This document shows positions 24,121 to 36,757 of a stretch of 64,000 nt of DNA, in pieces. Location of the stretch: IMG/VR virus record IMGVR_UViG_3300046170_000302; one strand, 5' to 3'. This DNA comes from a virus. Lineage: Duplodnaviria > Caudoviricetes. A model generated the notes under the pieces. The model saw nothing but the letters and a program-made list of their open reading frames with translations. It had not been told where the DNA came from and made no database searches. The translations under genes were made by a program, and so were the position numbers. How positions within the stretch are numbered: position 1 is the first letter of the stretch; each line of letters opens with the position of its first letter.

Positions 24121-25010
24121 TGGCAGATAGAAGCGGGTATATCGGAAGAGCTCCAAGTGATAGTAGTATCACAGTTGCTCGTCAAACAAATCAACCTACT
24201 GGGGTTACTACAACTTTTGTATTCAACTCTGGATATGAAGTAGGTTACCTTGACGTATATGTCAATGGTTCTAAACTTATTAACGCACTTGACTATACTG
24301 CAACTGATACCCAGAATGTATCACTTACTACTGCAGCACAAAGTGGTGATGTAATTGAGTTTGTAGCTTACAAGGCTTTTAATCTTACCAATGTTGTTTC
24401 ATCAACATCTGGTGATTTAACAGTTGAGGGTAGTGTTACTGCTAGTGGTAGTGTTACTGCTACTGGTAATGTTATTTCTAGTGGCAATGTCACTGCTACA
24501 TCATTTATTGGTGATGGTTCGTCTCTGACAGGTATTGCTAATACTAACAACTTGAGAACTAATTTCTTAGAAGTTAGTGGGATTTCTACACTTAGTGGTG
24601 GACTGACTGTTGCTGGAGTATCAACCTTTACTGGTAATGTAGTTCTTGATGCAAATCTGGATCTTCAAGATAATGATAAGATTTTGTTGGGAACTGGTGA
24701 TGATTTAGAAATTTATCACACTGGATCTCACAGTTTTATTGTCGATTCCGGCACTGGTGATTTGTATGTCAGAGCATCGGCAGGATATGTTCAAGATGTA
24801 GCTAATGCCAACCAAACTTGGTTGAAATTTAATTCTGCTGCTGGTGTAGAAGCACACTTCGCAGGAAACAAGAAACTTGAAACTACCACTAATGGTGTCA
24901 CTGTAACTGGTAGTGTGACTGCAACATCATTCAGTGGTTCGGGTGCTAACCTGACAAACCTTCCTGCTAGTGGTGACTCCAATGACATCACTGCTTCCCT
25001 ATTCAACTAA
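24120..25010 (+). CDS. Short fibre protein
   Basis: N-terminal GYIGR peptide and YLDVYVNG..L...DYTA domain; 6-aa repeats GSVTAS/GSVTAT/GNVISS/GNVTAT; TATSF.GDGS.LTG fibre motifs. Confidence 0.65.
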   Translation: MADRSGYIGRAPSDSSITVARQTNQPTGVTTTFVFNSGYEVGYLDVYVNGSKLINALDYTATDTQNVSLTTAAQSGDVIEFVAYKAFNLTNVVSSTSGDLTVEGSVTASGSVTATGNVISSGNVTATSFIGDGSSLTGIANTNNLRTNFLEVSGISTLSGGLTVAGVSTFTGNVVLDANLDLQDNDKILLGTGDDLEIYHTGSHSFIVDSGTGDLYVRASAGYVQDVANANQTWLKFNSAAGVEAHFAGNKKLETTTNGVTVTGSVTATSFSGSGANLTNLPASGDSNDITASLFN

Positions 25011-25029
25011 ATAAAGGAAAAATAGTAAG

Positions 25030-25434
25030 ATGGCGCTTAAAAAGACACAACTATTAGATATTGTATCAGTCACTGGTATTGCCACAGTTGGTATTCTTAC
25101 TGTTGGAGTAACACAGACTGCAGGTGGAGTTGGTATTGCATCAACCACCTATATGAAAAATATTATTATGCACAATACTGGTCTTGGTACTGCTAGGGTT
25201 TCACTTTATATTAACCCCAATACCACACCAGTTATTACAGGTTATGGTGTGACATCAAATAGATTTTTGAGAATAGATATTGCGCCAAACGAAACAACAT
25301 TCTTTGAAAGTACATATCCGATTGTAATGACACATCATGATAGTCTTACAGTAGAAGTTCAACCACCCGATGCAGGTGGAACAGGTATTGGTTCAGCAGT
25401 AAACTTTATCGTCAATGGCGACACTGATGTCTAA
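25030..25434 (+). CDS. Small fibre adaptor-like protein (class 2)
   Basis: 134 aa; shares ET...E..YP.V....SL.V...VNFI..GD with 37788..38150. CTAAATA at 25007. Confidence 0.55.
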   Translation: MALKKTQLLDIVSVTGIATVGILTVGVTQTAGGVGIASTTYMKNIIMHNTGLGTARVSLYINPNTTPVITGYGVTSNRFLRIDIAPNETTFFESTYPIVMTHHDSLTVEVQPPDAGGTGIGSAVNFIVNGDTDV

Positions 25435-25436
25435 TT

Positions 25437-27350
25437 ATGGCTCCCATCAAGACCAACAATCCATATGCATCATACTTTGATTTCTTCAGTAGGTCAGGTA
25501 CTGATGCAGTCACTCCTGAACCACCACCAGCATCAGGATTAACAGCAACTGGTGGTGTCATTAGTGATTATACTTCTGGTTCTGATGTTTATAGAGCACA
25601 TATCTTTACTTCATCAGGGGCACTGAATGTAACTGCACTTGGTACTTTTGGTGATACTGTTGATTATCTACTAGTTGCCGGTGGTGGTGGTGCTGGTGCC
25701 AACATTGGTGCAGGTGGTGGTGGAGGAGGAGTTCTAACAGCAACTTCACAACCAGTATCAATTTCTCCTTATACTATAGTTATTGGTGGTGGTGGTGGAT
25801 TCGGAATAACGCCTGGTGATACTGCTGGAGTTACAGGAAGCGATTCAACTGGATTCAGCGCAACAGCACTTGGTGGTGGTGGAGGCGGTGGTTATCAAGA
25901 TGTTGGACTTGTGGGTGGATCTGGTGGAGGTGGAAGCGGCCACGGTGGAAATTATGCAGGTGGAGCTGCCACAAATTATCCAGGACCAAATCAACAAGGT
26001 TTTCCTGGCGGTGCTGGTGCAGGTAATAGCGGTCCAGATGCAGTTCCTGGTGGTGGCGGCGGTGCTGGTGCTATTGGTGGAGATGGTGTTTCAAACACTA
26101 GAGGTGGTCATGGTGGCGATGGACTAGAAAATACTTATGACGGAACACCATATTATTATGGTGGTGGAGGTGGTGGTGGTGGCCACCCAGGATTAGGTGG
26201 TGGTAATGGTGGACGTGGAGGTGGAGCTGGAGGACATGGACCTGGTTCTCAAGGATCTGCTGGCGCAAATGGAAGATCTACTGCTTCCCCTTCAACATCT
26301 AGGGGTGGTAACGGAGGACCAATCACAGGTGGTGGTGGAGCTGGAGGAGGACCAGGTGCATCTGGTGGTTCTGGTGGTTCAGGAATTGTAGTAGTAAGAT
26401 ATCAAATTGTAGCATCACAATCAGGAACTGCAAAAGCAACTGGTGGTTCTATCAGTTATTATGGTAGTAAAACAATTCATGCCTTTACTAATTCTGGCAC
26501 TTTCACTGCACCTGGGCCATTTAGTGAAACTGTAGAGTATGTTGTTGTTGGTGGCGGCGGCGGTGGTTCAGATGCGCCTGCTCCAGGTGCTGGTGGAGGC
26601 GGTGGTGCTGGTGGATATAAAACAGGAAGTGTTTCATTATCAGGACCGTTTGCTGCACCAGTGACTATTGGTGCTGGTGGTGGAAGATTAACTAACGGAG
26701 TTGACACCGTGTTTGGTGCCCCTTCACCACAAACTGCTGGTGGCGGTGGATATGGTGGAATTAGAGCTTCAAGTAATGGAAATAATGCTCCACTTGGATC
26801 TGGTGGTGGCGGTGGTGCTGGTAGAGCTGGTGGTACTGGCGGTCCTCAAGGAAATAATGGTGGAGATGGTGACGGCAATCCAAGTCCAGGAAATGGAGTT
26901 GCTGGTGGAGGTGGTGGTGCTGGACAAGCAGGAGCACCCTTCCAGGATATAAACCCAGGAAATGGTATTGGTGGATATGGTGGATATGGTATTCAGGCAC
27001 CAGCTACATTTAGAGATCCAGCGTCTACAGTAGGTGACCCTGGTGGATATGGTCAGACCCCTAATGGATCTGCAAATCAACCAGGTGGTTATTGGTTTGC
27101 TGGTGGTGGAGGTGGTGGTGGACAAAGTGACACTAGTGTAAATGCTGCAGGTAGAGGTGGATCCGGTGGAGGAGGCAAAGGTGGTAGTGGTTGGGGACCT
27201 TCTCCATCTGGCACAACTCCGACTACACCAACGACTGGTCAAAATGGTCAATCAAACACTGGTGGTGGAGGTGGTGGTATGGGCAATAATTCTACACTAA
27301 GAGGTGGTATAGGTGGTTCCGGTCTTGTCCTGATTGCGTATCCAACCTAA
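25437..27350 (+). CDS. Gly-rich adhesin-like protein with two tandem Gly-rich domains
   Basis: LTATGG...YRAHIFTSSG...YLLVAGGGG...GSGIVVVRY / ATGG...HAFTNSG...GSGLVLIAYPT. Confidence 0.7.
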   Translation: MAPIKTNNPYASYFDFFSRSGTDAVTPEPPPASGLTATGGVISDYTSGSDVYRAHIFTSSGALNVTALGTFGDTVDYLLVAGGGGAGANIGAGGGGGGVLTATSQPVSISPYTIVIGGGGGFGITPGDTAGVTGSDSTGFSATALGGGGGGGYQDVGLVGGSGGGGSGHGGNYAGGAATNYPGPNQQGFPGGAGAGNSGPDAVPGGGGGAGAIGGDGVSNTRGGHGGDGLENTYDGTPYYYGGGGGGGGHPGLGGGNGGRGGGAGGHGPGSQGSAGANGRSTASPSTSRGGNGGPITGGGGAGGGPGASGGSGGSGIVVVRYQIVASQSGTAKATGGSISYYGSKTIHAFTNSGTFTAPGPFSETVEYVVVGGGGGGSDAPAPGAGGGGGAGGYKTGSVSLSGPFAAPVTIGAGGGRLTNGVDTVFGAPSPQTAGGGGYGGIRASSNGNNAPLGSGGGGGAGRAGGTGGPQGNNGGDGDGNPSPGNGVAGGGGGAGQAGAPFQDINPGNGIGGYGGYGIQAPATFRDPASTVGDPGGYGQTPNGSANQPGGYWFAGGGGGGGQSDTSVNAAGRGGSGGGGKGGSGWGPSPSGTTPTTPTTGQNGQSNTGGGGGGMGNNSTLRGGIGGSGLVLIAYPT

Positions 27351-27352
27351 AC

Positions 27353-27367
27353 ATAAATAACTAAAAA
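27353..27367 (+). promoter_or_regulatory. T4-type late promoter (extended form)
   Basis: ATAAATAACTAAAAA before ATG 27377. Confidence 0.75.
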
Positions 27368-27376
27368 GTATATAAG

Positions 27377-29447
27377 ATGGGCATTCGTTCTCAAAATAAT
27401 CCAATAGCAGCATACCTGGATGTATTTTCTGGTACTGGAACGGATGCTACTGGTGCTGCTGCTGGTGGCGGTGGTGGTCCAGTTGCACCTCTAGGACTAA
27501 CAGCAACTGGTGGTATCGTTAATGATTATGTTTCTGGATCAGAAGTTTATAGAGCACATGTCTTTACTTCATCAGGGGCACTGAGTGTAACTGCTCTCTC
27601 TGCAAGTCTTCCAAATACTGTTGAGTATCTTGTTGTTGCCGGTGGTGGTGGCGGTGGTGCTGCATGGGGTGGAGGGGGTGGTGCCGGTCAAGTTTCTCCG
27701 GGAACTATGACAGTAACTACATCATCTCCATACGCAATAACTGTTGGTGGTGGAGGAGCTGGTGGATTTAATGCAGGTCCAAATGCTCCAACAGCTGTTG
27801 GACTTATTGGTACTAATTCGTCTATAACACACCCAGCTGGACCATATACTGCAAATCGTGGTGGTGGTGGTGGTGGACAAAGTGATAATGCGCCACTTAG
27901 AAATGGACTTCCAGGTGGATCTGGTGGTGGTGCATCTTCTGACTGGCCATCAGGAAATACTAGTGGAACTGCTGGAGCTGCCACACCGGGACCAGGAGGA
28001 AATGCAGGAGGCCTTAGCATTGGAACTGCAAACGCTGGTGGTGGTGGAGGTGCCGGTCAAGTGGGACAAACTGGCGGATCTGGAACAGGTGGGGCTGGTG
28101 GATATGGGGTTCGTAGTAATATTGCAGGTCCAAATTATCCAATAGGAACACCGGGACCAGGACCAACTACTGGTGGATGGATTGCTGGTGGAGGTGGTGG
28201 CGGATCTCCTGGAAATTCAGGTGCTGCTGGTGGAGCTGGAGGTGCTGGTGGTGGAGGTGCTGGAGGACCACAAGGTGGCACCGCCACCGGGGAAAATGCA
28301 ACTTCCTCCACTGGCGGTGGTGGTGGAGGTAGTAATGGTATTAACGTTGGAGGATTCGGTGGTTCCGGTATTGTAGTAGTTAGATATCAAATAGGACAAG
28401 TTGCAACCGCAAAAGCAACTGGTGGTGTTGTCAGTTTCAGGAATAATAAAACAGTTCATGTTTTCACATCTTCTGGAGAGTTTACTAATACATCTGGATC
28501 AAGCTTAGATGTTGATTATCTTGTCGTCGGTGGCGGTGGTGCCGGTGGCGGTGGTGAGAATGGAGCAGGTGGAGGCGGTGGTGCTGGTGGATTGAGAACA
28601 TCATCACCAGAGGGCCCAGGAGGACCAGGATCACCGACAGAATCTGCACTATCTGTTGCTCCTGGATCACCAGCAAAATTAACTATCACAATTGGTGCAG
28701 GTGGAGGTGGACTTGGGCAAGGTACAGCAACAGGTAACGATGGTACTGATTCACAAATAACACACCCCAGTTCACCTAACAATATAATTGGTAACGGTGG
28801 TGGTGGTGGTTCATATGGTTGGCCCAACCCTAGAGGTGCCGCCGGTCGAGATGGTGGATCTGGTGGTGGTGGAGGCAAATGGTCCAAATTCGAATGCCGG
28901 ATCAGCAGAGTCTTCACCCAGAGTAATGGGATATGGTGGTGGTTCTGGTAAAGGTGATAGTGGACCAAGTTCTACTTATAGAGCAGGTGGCGGCGGTGGT
29001 GCTGGTAGTGTAGGTGAACAAGCTCTTGGAGTTCTTCAAGCAGGTGATGGTGGATCAGGAAAGAGAGTAGTAGCTTTTGTTGATCCTTCGGGAGTTGATT
29101 GGGGATTCTCTGGACCAGGTGGAGCAACAAATGGATGGCTCGCTGGCGGTGGCGGCGGTGGTTGTGGATATGAACCCGGTGGAAACGCAGGAACAACTGG
29201 CGGATATGGTGGAGGTGCATCACCTGATAGAGGAGCATTCTGGTCAGGTGGTGGAGATGGTGTTAGCCCTCCAGGAGCACCACCTGCTACATATGAGTCA
29301 TCACTCACTACTGCATCTGGAAGAATTTCTAGTGGAGGTGGCGGCGGTGGCGGTGGATTTGGAAGACCAACGTATTCTGCAAATAATCCGCAACATCGCG
29401 CAGGAAGTGGTGGTTCAGGTATTATCGTTATTGCATACCCTACCTAA
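27377..29447 (+). CDS. Gly-rich adhesin-like protein, tandem paralog of 25437; one +1 frameshift at ~28877
   Basis: Same two-domain layout; removing one A joins 27377..28951 to 28788..29447, ending GSGIIVIAYPT. Confidence 0.7.
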
Positions 29448-29504
29448 ATAACCCAGGACAATAGAGGTCCTAAATATTAAAAACATTTAATTTAGATATT
29501 AAAC

Positions 29505-29945
29505 ATGGCTCATTTCGCACAACTAGATGGTGATAACATCGTCACTCAAGTCATTGTTGTGAGCAACGATGACACTTCCGACTCAGGTGGAGTAGAAACT
29601 GAAAGTATTGGTGTTGCTTTCTGTCAGAAACTCCTTGGTGCTTCTACTAATTGGAAGCAAACTTCTTATAATGGTAATATGAGAGGCAACTATGCAGGTA
29701 TTGGATATACCTACATGAGTAATGTTGCAACCCTTGGAGTTGGTTCTACTGATATCTTTATCTCACCACAACCTTATGGTTCATGGACAATTGGTGTTGG
29801 TACTGCTACTTGGTACCCACCTACAACTCCTGGTAATGCACCTGTACTAACTGCTGATGAAGTAGCAGCAGGTAAGTATTATGTGTGGAACGAAAGTAAC
29901 TATCAGGCAGACCCAGCAACAGCATGGGTTCTGACCACACCTTAA
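29505..29945 (+). CDS. Small fibre-associated protein, possibly an assembly chaperone
   Basis: MAHFAQLDGDNIVTQVIVV...WKQTSYN...RGNYAGIG...FISPQPYGSW; follows Gly-rich genes; CTAAATA at 29444 and 29470. Confidence 0.55.
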   Translation: MAHFAQLDGDNIVTQVIVVSNDDTSDSGGVETESIGVAFCQKLLGASTNWKQTSYNGNMRGNYAGIGYTYMSNVATLGVGSTDIFISPQPYGSWTIGVGTATWYPPTTPGNAPVLTADEVAAGKYYVWNESNYQADPATAWVLTTP

Positions 29946-29952
29946 TAATCAC

Positions 29953-29978
29953 AGGGAGGGTTGAACCCTCCCTTTTTT
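29953..29978 (+). terminator. Intrinsic terminator
   Basis: AGGGAGGG-TTGAA-CCCTCCCT followed by TTTTT. Confidence 0.85.
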
Positions 29979-29983
29979 ATGCC

Positions 29984-29991
29984 TATAAATA
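29984..29991 (+). promoter_or_regulatory. T4 late promoter (perfect)
   Basis: TATAAATA upstream of ATG 30012. Confidence 0.8.
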
Positions 29992-30011
29992 GATAAAAAG
30001 TAATAGCTGAG

Positions 30012-30917
30012 ATGACTAGGGCTAGAGAACTTGCAAAATTAGCTAATTCTTCAATTTTTAGCGTTGACTCCAGCAACAATGTTGGTATCAATAGTTTAAC
30101 TCCTGACGCTAAACTTGATGTTGTTGGTGTCGTCAGTGCCACTCAATACTTTGGTGATGGTTCAAACCTCACTGGTATTGTAGCTGGAGCTACACTGAAC
30201 GCCTCAAGTGGAACACAGAGACTTGTAGTCACCAGTCAAACTTCTGGGAGTATGACCCAAGCAGCGACCAACGCTGATATTACATACGCTACATCAACTA
30301 ATACACTGAGTGCCACCACATTCAGTGGAGCATTTTCGGGTAATGTGACAGGTAATGTATCAGGAACTGCTGGAGGATTAACTGGAACACCAAGTATTAT
30401 AGTTCAAGATGTTACAGCTGAAACTGTTTCTGTTGCTGGAACAATCTCATATGAAGATGTAACCAACGTAAACTCTGTTGGTCTTGTCACGGCAGGTCTG
30501 GGTGTTAGAATTGGTACGGGTGGTACTGTTGGACCCGAGGGTGTTGGTGTTGTCACATACTTCGGTGATGGTTCACAACTGACAGGTATTGCAGCTGGTA
30601 TTGGAACAGAATCCTCAACACCATCAAACACAGTAGTTACATTGGATCTTTCTAAACAGGATCATAAACTCAGTGTTACAGGTGTCACAACAATCACAGT
30701 ATCTGGTGGAACAGAAGGAGAAAGTCATACAGTAAGGATTATTAACTCTGCTAGTGGTGTAACAGTAGGATTTTCAACTTACTTCTTATTCCCATCAGGG
30801 TCATCACCGTCATTCCCTTCGGCGAGTGGGGCAATTAGCCTTATGTCATTCACGGTAAATAGGGTAGGAGCAGCAGGAACACAACTCCTGGCTGGCGCAT
30901 CACTTAACTTTAGCTGA
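30012..30917 (+). CDS. Fibre stub with C-terminal socket-type domain
   Basis: MTRARELA N-terminus; VGINS..P...LDV; YEDVTNV.SVG motif; ends FPSG..P...SF...LNFS. Confidence 0.65.
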   Translation: MTRARELAKLANSSIFSVDSSNNVGINSLTPDAKLDVVGVVSATQYFGDGSNLTGIVAGATLNASSGTQRLVVTSQTSGSMTQAATNADITYATSTNTLSATTFSGAFSGNVTGNVSGTAGGLTGTPSIIVQDVTAETVSVAGTISYEDVTNVNSVGLVTAGLGVRIGTGGTVGPEGVGVVTYFGDGSQLTGIAAGIGTESSTPSNTVVTLDLSKQDHKLSVTGVTTITVSGGTEGESHTVRIINSASGVTVGFSTYFLFPSGSSPSFPSASGAISLMSFTVNRVGAAGTQLLAGASLNFS

Positions 30918-30930
30918 GGAGATTAGATAA

Positions 30931-33900
30931 ATGGGAGTATTAATTCCTCAGGTAGTATGTGCTACGGAGTCGGGAGCATCAGGTGCTCAGGTTATTGATG
31001 GTAGTTTGAAGTTTGATAAAAGTAAAACTCAGTTTTTAGAAAAAACATTCAGTAGTGCAGGAAACAGAAAAACTTGGACATGGAGTGGATGGTTTAAGCG
31101 TGGCACTATTCCAAGTTCAAATAATTTATGGACTGCTTATAATGGTAGTACCAGTGGATTAGACAATTTTGGGCAAATTTATACTGATGCAGCGGATGGT
31201 AGAATTGTCCTTTATCAAGGAGGCGGCGCACAATATAACAGCGAGGCTAGATTTAGAGACCACTCAGGTTGGTATCATATTGTTATATCTTGTGATGTTA
31301 CTCAATCTACTTATGCCGATCGATTTAAAATTTATGTTAATGGTGTTCTAAACACTTCATCTAGTGGAACTATCGCTCAAAATACCGATTTAGCTTTTAA
31401 TAACAATATTAAACATTACATTGGCACTAGTAACGGTGGTGGTGAACTTTTAGATGGAAATTTAACACAGGTATATTTCATTGATGGACAAGCACTTGGA
31501 CCTGAAAGTTTTGGATTTACTGATCCACTCACAAATACTTGGAGACCTAAGAAATATACTGGTAGTGTTAATACACCAGTATCTTTTTCCAATTTGGCAC
31601 CAATTTTAAATACAAATTCTGATGGTTCTGCAGTAACAAGTGGAACAAGAACAGATTCCAATAATTCAAATTGGATTTTGGGTCTTGCTATGAATACATC
31701 TGCAAACATTTATACTGATTTAAGTCCATCTGATGGAGATGCAACAGATTATAGTAATGTAACTGCAAGTACAACTCAAAGCAAATATTACGGAACAAGT
31801 GCATATTTTAATGGAAGTAATGCAAAATTAATTGTTAATGATAGTAGATTTAATTTCAGTGCCACTAATTTTACAATGGAGACATGGATTTATGTTCCAT
31901 CGACTCCATCGGTATCTCAATTAATATTCTGCAGTAGCAATCCCGATTTAATTGGTAGTTCTTCTACTGCTGGGGTTTTAGTTGGATGGAATAGTAGCAA
32001 TCAATTGTTTGTATATGTTGGTTCTGACAATGTTCCATCAATTACTAACAGTGCTGCAACAGCAGTATCTACTGGAAAGTGGCATCATATTGCAATTGTT
32101 AAAAACGGTGGCACAATAACTCTTTACATTGATGGTAGTGCTTCAGGAACTACTTCATCATCAGTCGGAAATTCTACATCAGGATTTTATGTTGCTCATC
32201 AACCAGCAAATAATAGATGGCTTCAAGCATATTATCAGGACATTCGTGTATATACAACTGCAAAGTATACATCAAACTTTAGTCTACCAGCACCTGCAGG
32301 TGTAAATGGTTTCTACCTCCCAATGGATGGAAACTCACCAATCGGTCATGACCTATCAAATCCAAATCCAGTCAATAATGGAACTGTTTGGAGCAGTTCT
32401 GTAACAGGTACTCCGTATAACGCTAATCGAGGAGGCCCTACACTTTTTGACGGCGGCGACGATTACGCACAATCTGCTTACCCAGGTGTGCTTACTTGGA
32501 CTCCTCCAGGTGGACAAGCATTTTCTACACTTGAACTGGAAGTTTATAGAGATGGATCAAATGCTTTAACTATTGTCCATGCAGGTGGAACTACAGACGT
32601 TAGTAGTCAAATTTCAAACAGTCAATGGTATAAGTGGACTGTTACTGGGATTACGTCTCCAATAACCAGTATTTCCTGGGCGTCTACTAGTAACTCTTCG
32701 TACATAGCCGCAAGAGCCGTATATATTGATGGTGTAGAATTAATTGATGGCATGTATGGTAATGGTTGGACACCAGTAAACTTTGGTGGTTCAGTAGCAC
32801 TTCCTAAAGCAACAGGAGCACTACCAATCCTGAATACTGACGGTGGTGGCAATGTTGCAAGGGTTGGTGTAAGAACTGATGCAAATGCTGCCAATCTTGT
32901 TCTTGCACTTCCACTAGTTGGCAGTAGTGCTGATGTAAGTAATTCAGTTAATAGTGGAAGCACTACAAAGATAATAACTGCTGTTGGTGGTGCTGCCGCA
33001 TCAAGTGCTCAAAGTAATTTTTATGGTGGAAGTTTTGTTTATGATGGTAGTGGAGACGCATTAAAATCAACCTCATCAGGATTAACACCAGGAACATCAG
33101 ATTTTTGTTGTGAAGGGTGGTTTTACTATAATGCATTACCTAGTTCATCTGCATACAGACTACTTGGAAATGTCAATACAAATGGGAATACAACCGATTG
33201 GCAATTAATACACGCAACGAATGGAACTTTGACAATATGGAATGGTAGTGGTCATAGTTCACTTGGAGCAGCTCCATTAAAAGCTGGTTGTTGGAATCAT
33301 ATTGCATATGTTAGGGATGGTGCCACACATAAACTTTATGTAAATGGGGTTCAAATGACTACCACAGTAACAAGAAGTGGTCATGATTTAACATTTAATG
33401 GACTTGACATTGGTGGTAGAAATGATGGTGCAGAATCTTTTAATGGATACATACAGGATGTTAGGTTCTATATTGGCACTACAAAATACACCAGTAACTT
33501 TATACCAGCATCAACCTCCCCAGATATTCTTCCAGACACCCCATCAGGTGTGAGTGGTGGTTCTAAACTTGATAAAGTCACTGATGGTGCTGTTGCTTTT
33601 GATGGTAGTGGTGACTATTTGAGTGTTGGAGATAATGCTGATTTTGAACTTGGATCGGGAGATTTTACGATAGAATTTTATGCTTATCCTAAATCTTTAA
33701 GTTCTGATTCTACGGTAATAAGTAAGTACTCAAGTAGTAATAGAAGTTATTTGGTATGGATGAACTCAACAACGGTTTACTTTACATACTCTACTAACGG
33801 AAGTTCAAACGCTGCCAGTCTTTCAGTAACATACTCTGTTCCATTGAATAAGTGGACTCATTTTGCGATGGTTAGAGACGGAAGCACTCTCAATATGTTT

Positions 33901-36737
33901 ATTGATGGTACGTTGGTATCGAGTCCATCAATTAGTGGAACTTTATATGATGGTTCCTCTAATCTTCAAATTGGTAGACAAGAGGATGGTGCTCAATATT
34001 ATTGGAATGGTTACATTAGTAGTGTAAGACTTGTCAAAGGAACCGCACTATACACTTCTAATTTTACACCGCCAACCAGAGAACTCACTAATGTAACCAA
34101 CACAAAACTACTGTGTTGTCAGTCTAATACTCTTGCTGCTGCTGCTGCGGTTGTTCCAGGTGCTAGTGGTATTAATAATGGAACTGTATGGAGTTCAAAT
34201 TTTTCTGGCAATTCACTCCCATACTCAAATTATGCTTATTCAATACCGAAATGCATTTGACGGAAGGTACTTCCACATTTGCGATGATTGCTGCTAGTAA
34301 TGGTGATATTTTATCAACAATAGTAACTCTTCCAGGACTTACTTCTGGACATAGTGTAGAATTTTATGCTGAAAAGAATACAAATGCAGGAAATTTAACA
34401 TTTAACGGGAGTGTCGTTTCTGGACTAACATCTTCTGCTGGTTGGGTAACTGCTGGAAATGCAAATGGAACATCTGACAACTTTGTCATGAATCCCAATC
34501 CGGGACAATCAACTTCAGATGCTATAAAAATATATGCTGTCAGGGTTAATGGAATTATTCTTGTAGATCTAATTAAAGCAAACGGAAACACATTCCGTGG
34601 AGCAACCACCTTCAACCCATTCACAACTGATATAAATGCAGTTCGTGGACAAGAGACTGGTTATTGTACGATGAACCCTTTAGACAAAGGCAGTACCATT
34701 GTCTTGTCAAATGGAAACTTAGTTTTTTCCAGAAACAGTGGAGGATGGGCCAACTCTGGCGGTCGTGGAACGTTTGGTGTTTCCAGTGGTAAATATTATT
34801 GGGAATTTGTCAAAAATGATTCCGCAGCTTATACGATATTTGGCGTAGCAGTAAGTGAAGCAAGTTTTTCAGAGGATTATGGAGCACCAAACAACGAAAC
34901 TTGGAGTTATATATCTAACAGTGGAAATAAATTAGGTGACAGTTATGGTGGTGCGGGTGCCTCTTATGGCGCAAGTTTTACCGCTGGCGATGCCATTGGT
35001 GTTGCTTTAGACGCTGACACAGGAACTTTATCGTTCTATAAAAATGGTGTAAATCAGGGTATAGCTTTTTCTACATTAAGTGGCAAAACTTTATTTCCTC
35101 ATATTGCTGTTTATGGTGCTACGGACAGTGCTACTACAAACTTTGGTCAAAAACCCTTCAAGTTCCCACCACCAGCAGGTTTCCAACCATTGAACCTTGC
35201 CAATATACGTCCAGAGACTGTGATTACACATCCTGATAAGTATGTTGGGGCAACCTTATGGACTGGTAATGATACTGCAAGAACAATATTAACGGGTAAT
35301 GCTCCAGATTTTGTTTGGATTAAACAAAGAAACAACAATGGTGCAAACATGTTATTTGATAGTGTTAGAGGTGCAACAAAGCGTCTTGTTTCTAACCAAA
35401 ACCTTGCAGAAGGTACTGTGCAAGGTGTGACATCTTTCAATTCAGATGGATTCAACTTGGGGAACGATGCTGATTGTAATTGGGGAGGTAAAACCACTGT
35501 TGGTTGGACTTGGAGAGCTGGTGGAAGCAAAGGCAACTTTAATGTTGATGATGTAGGGTATGAAAATGCCTCTGATGTGGGAATGAATGTTGGTGGTCAG
35601 AATAGTAATGCTTATGATCAAACTCGAACTTGGAGCAATTCAGTAGCCGCTGATGGTGGCAGCACCTTTGTTTCCAACCAAGGCCCAACCAAGATGTTTA
35701 ACGGCGTGGCTGGGATGGGCGTCGAAAAGACTGAACTAACAAGTAACGGCAGCGCAACATTCACCTCTCCAGTTCAGCTATCAGGCAATCTTCGTATGTT
35801 TATTGCTTGTGGATCGAGAGGGTCTTCAGCAACCGGAACTTTTGATTTAAAGCTTGACGGAGTTTCTGTTTTTAACAACAGCACATTTCCCAATAATGCA
35901 GGTGCGTGGGTTGATTTTGGCACTAAAACATGGACTACGTTGCAATTTGGTACAGCAACAGGTGGTAACTGGTTGGGAATTTCTGCGATCGAAGTGGCAG
36001 GCAAACTTTTAGTAGATAATGGAGTGTCTGTTACAAATGCCCCATCAATCGCTAATGCTGGCGCATCTGTTGGAACCAAGCAAGGATTTAGTATTATTAA
36101 ATTTACAAATACTACTAGTGATTCCACTCAATCTCATGGTCTTACACAAAAACCAGATTTTATCATATGGAAGAAAACATCTGGCACCAGTCACTGGGGA
36201 GTTTATCATTCATCTCTTGGTGCGACAAAAGTTTTGTACTTGAACCTTACTAATGCTGCTTCTACTGGTAGTGAATTTTGGAACAATACTGAACCCACTA
36301 ATAGTTTAGTTACAACAAGAGCAGAACCTCATTCCTTTGGTTCTGCTGGAGATACGATTATGTATGTGTGGCACAACGTCCCCGGACTACAGAAATTTGG
36401 ATCCTGTAAAGGTTCGGGAGCATCTGCTGCACCAGATTTCGTTGAATTGGGATTTAAACCATCTATAGTATGGGTGAAGAGAACTGATAACACAGGTAAT
36501 TGGACAGTATGGGATTCTACTAGAAATACATTCAATCCTTCACAAAAACAATTGTTCCCAAATACCAGTGGAACAGAACAAGATTTGTCTGTTGATGCGA
36601 TAGACATATTGAGTAACGGATTTGCTATTAGAAGTTCAAGTTCACTCACCCAAACTGGTTCTCAGACTTACATCTACTGTGCATGGGCAGAAGCACCAAC
36701 AGTTAACTTGTTTGGAGCCCAATCCAATGCAAGATAA
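30931..36737 (+). CDS. Giant (~1930 aa) LamG/SPRY multi-domain adhesin-like protein; two +1 frameshifts at ~34250
   Basis: Several LamG-like repeats (FT.E.W...WHHIA.V...LYIDG...QDIRV), SPRY (SSGKYYWEF...GVALDADTG.LSFYKNG), C-terminal PDFVWIK...YCAWAEAP domain; NAFDGST restored on joining. Confidence 0.75.
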
Positions 36738-36748
36738 ATAACTAAAAA
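36734..36748 (+). promoter_or_regulatory. T4-type late promoter (extended form)
   Basis: ATAAATAACTAAAAA overlapping the upstream stop codon. Confidence 0.75.
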
Positions 36749-36757
36749 GATATCGCC

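Noticed and set aside
24420-24500. 18-bp tandem repeats
   Set aside because: Encode ordinary 6-aa beta-helix fibre repeats (GSVTAS-like) and are degenerate at DNA level.
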